This document shows, one piece after another, positions 37,626 through 48,300 of a stretch of DNA of 64,000 nucleotides (the stretch's first letter is position 1; each line of letters opens with the position of its first letter). The DNA is from a virus (lineage: Duplodnaviria > Heunggongvirae > Uroviricota > Caudoviricetes): IMG/VR virus record IMGVR_UViG_2744054576_000007, positions 64,001-128,000 of that record; one strand, 5' to 3'. Both the position numbers and the translations under genes were made by a program. Under the pieces are notes generated by a model. It worked only from the letters and a program-made list of their open reading frames with translations, did not search any database and had not been told where the DNA came from.

Positions 37626-38592
37626 CTGGGATTTCCTCACGCAACGTCCCCAACAGATTGTTAAGCAATTTGCTCGAAGAGGTTGGACAGTGATTTTTTG
37701 TAATAACACTCAATCAGACAAACAGCCCGAAGAAGTTGAACCTAATTTATTTGTCTATCACAATTTCGAAGAAGTACTTAAATTAATTAAGCATAGAAGC
37801 ATTAAAGTAGATATATTTTATTACACTTGGGCAAAATCGGCTCAATATGTCGAAGATATAAAAGCAAAGATTAATATTTATGATTCAGTTGATAGTTTTA
37901 GTGATTGGTATGAATATGAAGATGATGCCATTAAGAAAGCCGACATTGTGTTAACATCTAGTCAGTTTCTGTATGACCTTAGAAGCAAAAGCAATGAAAG
38001 TACATATCTAGTCAGAAATGCTTGTCCAGAATCGTATATAAATAAACCCTCACAAATTCCTGAAGAATATAAAACATTAAATGGCCCAATTGCTCTCTTT
38101 TCAGGTGCTATTGGCTCTTGGGTAGATACTCGTCTGATTCGTAAAGTTGCAGAGAAATATACTACTGTACTTGTGGGACAAGAGTTTGGCAAGGAATGTC
38201 CATCAAATGTTATTAAATTGGGAACCAAGGATCACGACGATCTTTACAACTATTATGCTCATGCTGATGTATGTCTCCTTCCCTTCAATACTAAATTGGA
38301 AATTACACAAGCAGCATGTGCTATTAAAATGTTCGAACATATGGCTGCGGGTAAAATCACTGTAGCTACCAAATGGATGGAAACAGAGATTTATGATGAA
38401 GCTGTTCTAGTTGCTGATAATGACGATGAATTTTTAGCCCAAGTCGACAAAGCAATCCAACATGGAAAAATGGATACCTACAAGGATATATGCCTTAAAC
38501 ACGCTAAAGAAAATACATGGGAGAAACGTTCTGAACAGATACTTAAAGCCATTAATGATTACTGTTTAAAGAGTGGTGTTATACTTGACTAA
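37588..38592 (+). CDS. GT-B (family 4, TuaH-like) glycosyltransferase
   Basis: WDFLTQRPQQIVKQFARRG; YDSVD; ADVCLLPF..KMFEHMAAGK. Confidence 0.85.
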   Translation: MKQKIILYPPTLNWDFLTQRPQQIVKQFARRGWTVIFCNNTQSDKQPEEVEPNLFVYHNFEEVLKLIKHRSIKVDIFYYTWAKSAQYVEDIKAKINIYDSVDSFSDWYEYEDDAIKKADIVLTSSQFLYDLRSKSNESTYLVRNACPESYINKPSQIPEEYKTLNGPIALFSGAIGSWVDTRLIRKVAEKYTTVLVGQEFGKECPSNVIKLGTKDHDDLYNYYAHADVCLLPFNTKLEITQAACAIKMFEHMAAGKITVATKWMETEIYDEAVLVADNDDEFLAQVDKAIQHGKMDTYKDICLKHAKENTWEKRSEQILKAINDYCLKSGVILD

Positions 38593-39556
38593 AAAATTGA
38601 AAGTTCTTTTTACAAATAATGCAGCGTTAATCAAGTATGGTATTGCGTCAGGCTTTAAAAACCTTGGATGTGACACTTATATTATGGATGGTAGATACCA
38701 ACTGTGGGATAAGTCTAAGGAAATTCAGAGTGAGTTATTCAAAGAAGTAGTTGAAAATTATAAACCAGACATTGTTTTCTCAGAATGTTTTGCGAACTTT
38801 GCTGAAGATATATTTGAACACACTAAAGAAAAAGGCATTTTCCATGCTTATTGGGCAATCGAAGATACTCCATATGACCACTGGATAGGCGATTATTGGT
38901 CTAATTATGCTGATCACATCTTTACTACCACCGCCGAATGTTTACCAAATTACTGGCGTAAAGGTAAAAAGGCAGAGTTAATGCTATTTGGGTGTAATCC
39001 CTCCTTCCACAAGACATTATCCGCTAAGACAAATTATGATATTTCACTAGTAGCTAATAACTACGAACGAAGATCTAAGCAAACGAAAGACTTTATTCTG
39101 CCCTTGGTTGAACAAGGATTTGATATATCTATTTACGGTAATGATTGGTGGATGGATGTAAATCGTAAAATAAATTTGTTGAGTCATCTTCATGTATATA
39201 AGGGATATAAGGCATATGAAGAACTCCCTCTACTCTACTCTTCTTCAAAAATTATCATTGGACAAAACTTAGACGATCATTCTATCACACAAACTTCAAT
39301 GAGGCCGTTTGAAGCTATTGCAATTGGTGGAGGTGTATTTGTATCCCCTTGGACTAAGGCTCAGGAATATCTATTCCATGATTTAGTCTATCTCCCCAAA
39401 ACGACTGAAGAAATGATTCAAATGGTCAACGAAGTTCTTAATATGACGGACAGACAGCGAAAAATCAAAGCAAAAAAAGCACAAAGATTTGTATATAAAT
39501 ATCACAATTACGACATTAGGGCATCACAAGTTGTTGATGCTTATTTTTGTCGTTAA
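38573..39556 (+). CDS. CgeB-family (spore maturation-type) glycosyltransferase
   Basis: WAIEDTP..HIFTT..LMLFGCNPSFH..YSSSKIIIG..SMRPFEAIAIGG; start probably TTG 38585. Confidence 0.8.
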   Translation: MVLYLTKKLKVLFTNNAALIKYGIASGFKNLGCDTYIMDGRYQLWDKSKEIQSELFKEVVENYKPDIVFSECFANFAEDIFEHTKEKGIFHAYWAIEDTPYDHWIGDYWSNYADHIFTTTAECLPNYWRKGKKAELMLFGCNPSFHKTLSAKTNYDISLVANNYERRSKQTKDFILPLVEQGFDISIYGNDWWMDVNRKINLLSHLHVYKGYKAYEELPLLYSSSKIIIGQNLDDHSITQTSMRPFEAIAIGGGVFVSPWTKAQEYLFHDLVYLPKTTEEMIQMVNEVLNMTDRQRKIKAKKAQRFVYKYHNYDIRASQVVDAYFCR

Positions 39557-39569
39557 GGGGAGCGAAAAA

Positions 39570-40049
39570 ATGAGTAAGAAACTAACAGCTACAGAATTGA
39601 ATAAACTCAGCAAAGAGCTAGAACAGACGCAAACATATCCCATTCTGGATGGTCAATTTGAGGTGACTGTTAAGCAAAACTTTAAAGAAAGTTCAATCAA
39701 CAACATCTTTACAGGACTAATAGAAGTTGTACAAGGGATTGAAAAATCACAACTTACTGAATTAACATTCAGCCAAATTGCGTCACAAATTGGATCTACT
39801 TTGATGCTACGCGAATTTACAGACCTCCCCATTCCCAACAAGAATGACTTTCAGACTTTGATTAAGGTGTACGAGAATTTATTGAATACAAACATTTTCG
39901 TAGAAGTTGCAAATAAATTACCTGAGGTTGAGGTCAAAAAATTAGAGAAGCGTTTTAAGGAAATAGCAGATAATTTTGCTGAGATTGAAAGAAAAGCAAA
40001 CGAAGAAATGAATAATAACGAGGCTAACTCTAATGCCAACAGCGAATAG
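39570..40049 (+). CDS. Putative tail assembly chaperone
   Basis: ATG 39570 after SD AAGGGGAG; MSKKLTATELNKL; upstream of tape measure module. Confidence 0.55.
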   Translation: MSKKLTATELNKLSKELEQTQTYPILDGQFEVTVKQNFKESSINNIFTGLIEVVQGIEKSQLTELTFSQIASQIGSTLMLREFTDLPIPNKNDFQTLIKVYENLLNTNIFVEVANKLPEVEVKKLEKRFKEIADNFAEIERKANEEMNNNEANSNANSE

Positions 40050-40467
40050 TTTTGCTGAATTGGAAAGACTATTGAAGCAAAAAATCGTCTCATCTTTGCA
40101 AGTCGATGTCGCTAATACAGTAAAAGTTAATATGAAACAGTCAATACAGGATAATGTTTATGATGTATATACTCCCACAGTCTACGAAAGACAGCGTGAT
40201 CAAGGGGGGCTAACAGATGAGCGCAATATGATTGTTGATATGATTGGACAGGATATTGTATCCATTGAAAGTCATCGTATGGATGGAAGTAAGAATGTTG
40301 GTCTAGTCGTAGAAACTGGTCAGGGTTACGATTTCGAATTCGCTTATTCTGGTCGTCCTCGCCCATTCGTTGAGAAGACTGTCGAGAAGCTGCATGATAC
40401 TAATGCTCATGTTGCGGCACTTCATAGGGGATTATCACGTCAAGGACTTGATGTGGAAGTTAAGTAA
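40033..40467 (+). CDS. HK97 gp10-like tail/neck protein
   Basis: VYTPTVYERQ..GGL..GRPRPFVEKT. Confidence 0.6.
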   Translation: MPTANSFAELERLLKQKIVSSLQVDVANTVKVNMKQSIQDNVYDVYTPTVYERQRDQGGLTDERNMIVDMIGQDIVSIESHRMDGSKNVGLVVETGQGYDFEFAYSGRPRPFVEKTVEKLHDTNAHVAALHRGLSRQGLDVEVK

Positions 40468-40571
40468 AAGAGCTATTTTATACAAACATAGGGAGTGTGT
40501 TTATATGCTTGCAAAATACCGTGATGAGTTCACCTAAATACTCATTAATAATACATAAGGATTTGATGTGA

Positions 40572-41618
40572 ATGGCAAGAAAAACATTTTTCAAGGTAAT
40601 AACAAACGAAGAATTAACTGCACAATTTAATCCAAAGAACGTTAAAATGATTAATCGTTTTATAAAAGAAAAAAATATGAAATGTTCAGATGGAACGATC
40701 AAAGGATATAAAAGTGATTTGAACATATTCTTCACTTGGAATCTCCTTGAGAATGACAATAAGTTTTTTGTAGATATCAAAAAGATTGAATTTTCCGATT
40801 TCTTTAGCTATGCAATTGAAGAGTTAAAATGGAGTCCTAAGCGTTTCGGTAGAATGAAATCGTGTTTAAGTAGCTTTTCCAACTTTATTGAGAACTTTTT
40901 TGATGACGAATATCCAAGTTTCCGTAACGTGATTCTTAAATCAATCGATAATCTCAAGAATAACCCTGTTCGTGAAAAAACTATATTGCTCGAAGATCAG
41001 GTTGATGCTCTTCTAAAACACTTGAGCGACGACTTAATTAAGCCTCAAGAGGCGTGTCTTCTCGCTTTAGCTGCAAATAGTGGTGCAAGAGTTTCTGAAT
41101 TGTTGAGGTTTACAACTTCGATAATTGATGAGAATAACACTGCTTTTGACGGTCTATTCTTAGAAACCACTAAAGAGATTAAGACTAAGGGGTTCGGCAA
41201 GCAAGGAAAGCTTCTATACAAATACATATTTAAAGAAAAGTTCTGGCCCTATTACCAAGCTTGGATTGTAGAACGAGAAAAGATTATGCAAAAGAATGAT
41301 AAAGAACATGACTACCTGTTTATCAAATCGAATGGTGAACCAGCAGAGGTTAGTACAGTTAGAAGTTGGAGTACTAAGTGGGAAAAGTTTTTGGAAACAC
41401 CCTTCTATTTTCACTCCCTTCGACACTACCTTGTTACAAATCTAACTCGAATTGGACTTGAGTCAGATTTTATTATTGAGCTTATGGGTTGGACGAGTGC
41501 CGACATGTATCGCATCTACAACGATTTAACAGCTAAAGATCGCAAATGGAAGAGCTTAGGCAAGTTGAAAAGCCATATCGGTAAAGACTATGAAGGAGAA
41601 GTTGAACATGAAAGCTAA
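40572..41618 (+). CDS. Tyrosine recombinase (YomM-like)
   Basis: SGARVSELL, KG..KQGK, HSLRHY, MGW, terminal IY; position as SPbeta yomM. Confidence 0.88.
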   Translation: MARKTFFKVITNEELTAQFNPKNVKMINRFIKEKNMKCSDGTIKGYKSDLNIFFTWNLLENDNKFFVDIKKIEFSDFFSYAIEELKWSPKRFGRMKSCLSSFSNFIENFFDDEYPSFRNVILKSIDNLKNNPVREKTILLEDQVDALLKHLSDDLIKPQEACLLALAANSGARVSELLRFTTSIIDENNTAFDGLFLETTKEIKTKGFGKQGKLLYKYIFKEKFWPYYQAWIVEREKIMQKNDKEHDYLFIKSNGEPAEVSTVRSWSTKWEKFLETPFYFHSLRHYLVTNLTRIGLESDFIIELMGWTSADMYRIYNDLTAKDRKWKSLGKLKSHIGKDYEGEVEHES

Positions 41619-41843
41619 AATCAACGGTTTTGAAGTTGAGGGCACATCCGAAGAAATTGCAAAATTTTATTTTCTCATTCAAAAGAAAACATTCTCAACT
41701 CACAAACAATACCCTGATAATCCCCTTCTTTTCAATAAAGAACGTTGGCAAGAACCCTACGTCACATGTTGGACTAAGTAAAACAATCTAAGTAAAACTA
41801 TCCTTTTACCACAATTAGATATCTTAATGTTAAGGGAGCTAAT

Positions 41844-42266
41844 ATGAAACTATACAAATTTGAACTTGAAAATTTTATTGCTTATCTAGATAAACTAAAA
41901 ACAGACCGAACTGACACTAGACATAGAGTTAAATTTAAAGGTTTACTTACCGACCATTACACAGAACTTTTAAATGATGCAAATGATATCAACCTTGATT
42001 ATGTGATTAAAGATAAAGAAGGAAATCCCATTGTTGAAAACGGAAAATATACCTTCGAGAATGATAATGAACGGCTCTCTGAGTTAAACAAGCTTTATAA
42101 TGAAGAAATTGTAATTGATGAAACAGATGAACGAAAAGCAATGCTCCTATCTGTTAAGGAATCGGTGATCAATCGTGGTCCAACCGAGTTTACTGGTACC
42201 GAAGGAGACTGGTATGTTCGCTTCTGTGAAATTGTAGAACAAATTGAATATAAGGATGAACAGTAA
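41844..42266 (+). CDS. Hypothetical protein
   Basis: SD AAGGGAG; terminator at 42266-42292. Confidence 0.6.
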   Translation: MKLYKFELENFIAYLDKLKTDRTDTRHRVKFKGLLTDHYTELLNDANDINLDYVIKDKEGNPIVENGKYTFENDNERLSELNKLYNEEIVIDETDERKAMLLSVKESVINRGPTEFTGTEGDWYVRFCEIVEQIEYKDEQ

Positions 42267-42333
42267 GAAGAGATATTAAGTCTCTTCTTTTTTCTATTTT
42301 TCTAAAGTAAAAAAAGGAAGTGACTTAAACGTA

Positions 42334-45300
42334 ATGGCAGATATGCTTAAGATTCTAGTACAAGCTGACCTAAATATGGGAGCTAGTATAGGAAATATCA
42401 ATGAAAAATTGAAGGCTCTAAGTAAACACCCTTCCCTTCAAAGTTTAAATATTAAGATCAATATTGATAAGAGCTTTGTAGCAAGTATGAATAGTTTTGT
42501 TTCCGCTGCTAATAAGTTGAATTTAGCAATGGAACAACAAAATAAGATTGTTAGTGAAACCACTACTACATATAAAAGACTAGATGGAAGTATTGAAAAA
42601 ATAACTGAGCTAAGATCAGCCGACAACAATATCATTACTAAGACCAACAAAGTTATTGATGAGCACAAACAGAAATTACAACAAGAGACTGAAGCTTACG
42701 ATAGACAACGGAAATCAATTCAGCAGTTGGAATCTGAGTTAAAAGGCTATGCATTAGCCAATGAGAAAGCCATTAAGAACGGTAAAGGTCAAGTAGTTGG
42801 TTATAAAAATACATATGAAAACAAAGAAACTGGACAAAAAGTTACAGCTAATATTGATCAAAATGGCATTGTAAAAAAGTACGACGAAATAATCAACCAT
42901 GCTAAAACATTGAAAGATCAAGAATCTCTTGTTAATCAAATGTATGATGGACGTATTAAGTCCATGGAAAGAGTAAATACGGCTGAACGTCAATTAGCCA
43001 CTAATCAGCAAAAAGCTATTCAGGAAAATGCAGATAGACAACGTACAGCCGATAAAAAGAATCAGGATGCAATTCAGGCGACTCGTAAGGAATATCAGGA
43101 CTGGTGGGTTCGTTCACTTGGTCAGCAAGAAGTCGCTGAGCGTCAAGCAAATCAGAAAAAAATCCAAAATCTTAAAGAGTTTAAGCAACAAGCAGAAACC
43201 AACGCGCAAAGATTGAGCACTAAGTATGGCTCAAACATTAATCAGACTGACCTCTCCTCCCTGCTCTCTTCTGCATCAAAATTAGATATTAATGATGCAA
43301 ACCTAAAGCAGAAAATGAAACAAATCCAGCAAGGTTTTAGAGATTTAGAGTCATCAGCTAAATCAGCCAGTACACAGGTTGCAAGTTTTGGCGAAAAAGT
43401 TAGCCATGCTATTAAGTCTATTGGCGCACATATGATTGCTGGTGCGATGTATGGAACTGTATTTTCTAGTATTACTGCCGGATTTAAAGGCATGATTGAC
43501 ATTGAGAGTCACATGGCTGGATATATTCAAACAAATGAGCACTACTTTCAAGGTTTACAAAAAGGCTCTTTGGATATGCAAAAGGTTAATAACGAGTCAA
43601 GGCAGTTCATTCAAACAGCGCACGACCAAGCCGCCGCCATCACTGATGTAATTGAGTCTGCACGTCTCTGGGGTCGTATGTATAAAGATGTCGGTGTTGT
43701 TCAGACCCTAGTACGTCAATCTACTATGCTTTCCACAGTTGACTTGGTGAGTCTTGAAGATGCCACAAAATCAATGGAATCGGTGCTAGCTCAATATGGT
43801 GTGCAACTTAAGAATACAAATGATGCACAACTGTATGGTGGTCGAATCCTTGATTCTTGGAGTAAGGTAGCGCACGAAACTATGGCTCCTGCTAGAGACT
43901 TGGGAGCAGCATTTGAGCGCACAGGTAAGATTGCTCAAGAAACAGGCGTTAGTTTTGATTTCATGAACGGTCTGATTTCATCAGGTATGCGTAATACCGC
44001 ATTATCTGGTGAAAATCTAGGTAACATGTGGAAAACAGTATTAGGTACTATTCGTACAGGTAAAGCAGTTGGTGAAATTGAAAAATTGGGTGTCAAGACT
44101 AAGGAAGTTGTTAATGGAGTTGAACAATGGCGCAAAGCTGAAGATATCTTACTAGATCTGTCTATTGCAGTTACTGATAAAAACTATGATTTAACCCAAT
44201 CATACGCTGCTATTTCCCGTGGCGTTTATCAGTATGCTAAATTGGCTGCTTCATTAAATCCGGGTGATATTCTACTTGGAACGGCATATTCTATCGGTTC
44301 AACTGGCTCAACATTAGAGTACTTGACCACCCAGATGGATACTATTTCTCGTAAAGCATCACAAGTAAAAACCTCTTTCATTGATATATTCAATACTGCT
44401 GGTAATGATGGATTACGTAATACAATCAAATCCATACTCGATATAACTGATCAACTTTTTATTGGCGTATCTCAAATCCCTTCTTCTGTTTTTGGTGTAA
44501 GTACTGCCGTAGTTGCACTGGGAGCTGCGTTCATTGCTCTAAAATCACCAATTAAAACTGCAATCGATTCTCTTACAGTTGTAAGAGCCATGAGACAAGG
44601 TTTGATTGTGGTAACTAATGAAGAAACTGCTGCTGTTACTGCTAGTTCTGTAGCTAACGCTGCTCATGCTGTAACTTCTAGAACCGCCGCTACTGCTGAA
44701 GTCGGTAGAACAGTTGCAACTGAAGCGACAACTGTAGCAATTAATGCACAAACTGCCGCATCTGCTAGAGCCGCTGTCACAACGAGTATAGCGACAATGG
44801 GTATTTCGGTGGCTATAGGCCTTCTGGCTTCATTGGCTTTAGGATTAGGAACAACTGAAAAGGCTCAACGGGACGAAACGCAAAAGATTAAAGATAATAT
44901 CTCGGCTAGAGAACAACAAATCAGTCAGATTGATAGACAAATCGATTTCTTTCCTAAATTAATTAAAGCCCACAACGACCTAACCAAAGTTGTCACTAGT
45001 GGAACTTTATCAGAAATAGCTCAAGGCAAAGCAAAGAAACAATTAGATGAAATTTCAAAAGCTATAGCTGTTACCATTGGTGATGAAGGATTAGCAAGAC
45101 TTAAAGCGGCAGGATTCACAGAGGACGCTGCAAAAAAAGAAATTGAAGCTTTGAAACAGTTACGGTTAGAAAAAGAGGATTTAAATAGACAAGAATTGAC
45201 CAGTCAAAAAAATGCTTTACGTAAGAAAATCAATCAAAAATCAGAGGAACTAAAGGAAGCCGAAAATAAACTGGCAATTGACAAGAGATGGGCAAAGGGT

Positions 45301-48300
45301 TCGTTTGGTCGCCCATCTGACGTGGCTGACTACAAAGAACAACAAGAGAAAGTTGATCAACTACGTACTGATTTAAATGGGTTGAATCTTGATTTAAAAA
45401 ATATTGACATTCAGTATACAGAGAGCACTCTTAAATCAGATCAATTGGCTGGAGCAACTGGAAAACTAGCTAATACTACTGATGATGCTTCCAAGGCTCA
45501 AGAAGATCTTAAAAAAAGTTTGGACAGTAGTTCATCTGAACTTAAAACATTGAATCAAGTATTATATGATCAACAAAAAAATGGTCATTTAAGTGCAGAA
45601 ACAGTTACTGAATTAGTTAAAAAGAATCCTCAACTGGCTGCCAGCGTTAAAAAGGTTAAAGATGGCTACGTATTAGAGACTGGAGCAATTGAAGAACTAA
45701 GACAAGCTCAAATTTTGATGGTTAAGCAAGCATTAGAAGGCGAAAAACAGAGAGAAATCAACAATATCAATTCTGTTATTAGCAACATTAACGCTTATGG
45801 TCTTGAGCTTAATAGTATAAAAGATTTAGCTGACGCTAAGAAAGCGCTAGTTAAGATTGACGAAGAAATTGCTAAGAGCAAATTGCCTATGACAGATGGG
45901 CTAAAGAATGCTTTAGGAATTTCAGAAGATCAAGAGGTTCCAACTTTTAGAACAAAAGTACTTGAAGAACAAAGAAGTGAATTGGATAAGTTTACTTCTT
46001 CTTTAGAAGAAAAATCTGAACAGGCTAAAAAGTTACTTGGTGTTTTTAGCGATCCTGACTTAGGTGTCAGCAAAGAAGCCACAAAGAAAAATGAACAATA
46101 TAATGATTCCTTGTCCGAGACAAATGAGATTTTAACGGAAACTCAGAAGAAACTTAAAGATATTGCTGCTGCTCAAGATGCACAGACTAGTCGAATGAGT
46201 CGATTAAAAAAAGGAACAGAGGAATACGGCAAAGCTCTAAAGGAACAGATAAAACTTCTTGAAAAGCAAGCTGAATTGTACACAGAAGGCATTAAAGATC
46301 CATCTAAGTTGGTATCTACAAAAGTCACCACTACAACTAAGGGTGGTACTGGCTTAGATTCTATGATAGAAGAAGCGTTATCCCTCTCTTCTTCTGGAGC
46401 CTTTAAATACAAACAAATTAACGGCGAATACAAAGGTACATATGATGAGTTTGTACAAAGAGCAACATCGGATTGCTCTCAGTTTGTGCAGGAAATGTTT
46501 AAGGAGTTCCTTGATATTAAGCTGCCTCGCACTGCCGCCGAACAAGCAAAACAAGGCACTGCTGTAACGAGTAAAAAGGAATTGCAGAAAGGCGACTTGG
46601 TATTCTTCAATACCAATGGTAAGGCACATTCCCATGTTGGTGTTTATATGGGTGATGGAAACTTTATGCAAATGGGCAATTCGGGATTAAAGCAAGGCAA
46701 CCTAAACGACAAATATTGGGCAACTCGTTATGATGGAGCTACACGCATTCCCGGTACTTCTGCCCTCCCTACTTCAACTTCTGTTGCATCCAGTAGCAAA
46801 GTTACAGGCAAAAACGCTGATCTGATAAACAAATACGCTTCAACGAATGGCGTTGATCCTGCGTTAATTAAGGCGATCATTCAACAGGAGTCGGGTAATG
46901 GCGCTAATGGTGTTAAAAATGTAATGCAGGTTAGCAGCCTTGGTAAAAACACCAGTGTTGAAAGCAGTATTAAAACTGGTACCTCAATGTTTGCAAAATA
47001 TCTCAATCAAACGGGCAACGTTGAAATTGCTTTAGCTATGTATAATATGGGGCCAGGAATATTGGATTACTTCAACAAAAATGGTGGCTACAGTGTAGAG
47101 AACATGAAGAAGTTCTCTGCTAAACAAAAGCAGAAAACTGGTAGCAAGGTTTATGGCGATGTAAATTATGTAGGCAACGTTTTGAGATATTATGATGGCG
47201 ACACTTCTTCTGTTTCGGGTGGGAAATCTAAAAATAAATACACCCTTCCTTCAGCCTCGGATTTAGCAAAAGCACAAGAAGATGCACGGAAAAATAGAAC
47301 AACTACATACGATAACATTTATAAAACTCGTGTTGATTATATTGAGAACTACGTAACTATGAGTCAGAACAAGCTGGATGCCTTGGATGCTGACATTGCT
47401 AAATCTCAAGGTAGACAAGCTAAGTATGATCAAGTCTCGGCAAACTGGCGAAAAGAAGAATCTTCTCAGATTAAGTCGCTGACAGCACAGCAAAAAGAAT
47501 TGGTCTCTCAGAATATCAATCTGGATAATTTGGTTAAACAGAATAAAATCACTTCTGGCGAGTTCGATAAGCAGAAAGCTTCGAATAGTACAAAGTGGTG
47601 GGAACTAGAACAGCAGAAACAAGAAAAATACTATGCTGTCATTGTCTCTAATCTTGATGAATATGAGAAAAAGATTAATGCTGCTGCTGATAAGATAGCT
47701 CTGTCCAAGGCTCGTATGGAATCGTTGGACGAAAACTCGAAGGCATATCAACAAGAGCTTATTACTCAGATCGGGTTGATAAATGAGCAACGTGTAGCTA
47801 CAGAGAAAGAGATTTTAGCTGTAGAGAGACAATTGAAAAATGAAAAGTTGAATTTACAGAATAAAGAGGAATTGTCTAAACGTCTTCAAGATCTAACGTT
47901 GAAGAACCTTGAGTATAACAATGCTATCTACTCTATCAAATCTGCGGCTGCTGATAAGATTATTGAAGCATACAAAAAACAGATTGAGAAACAGAAGGAT
48001 TTAGCTTTAAAGGCTATCGATAAACAAAAAGAAGCTGAAGATAAGAGACATGAAGCTCGATTAAAAAATCTCGAAGAAGAGTCTGATCGATTTGAAGAGA
48101 TTATTAAACGCCAGCTTCAGGAGTTAGATCGAACAAGCGAATCTGATGACTATGACAAGGAACTCAAAAAGAAACTAGATGAGCGCCAAAAGATACAGGA
48201 TAAAATTAATGAGCTTGCTCTTAATAATTCCTATGAAGCTAAAGCTAAAAGGAAAGATTTAACCGATCAACTAGATGCAAAGAATGAAGAGATCGATAAG

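Noticed and set aside
39570-40467. Programmed frameshift in the tail assembly chaperone
   Set aside because: No convincing slippery heptamer; the next ORF has its own ATG and resembles a separate gp10-like protein
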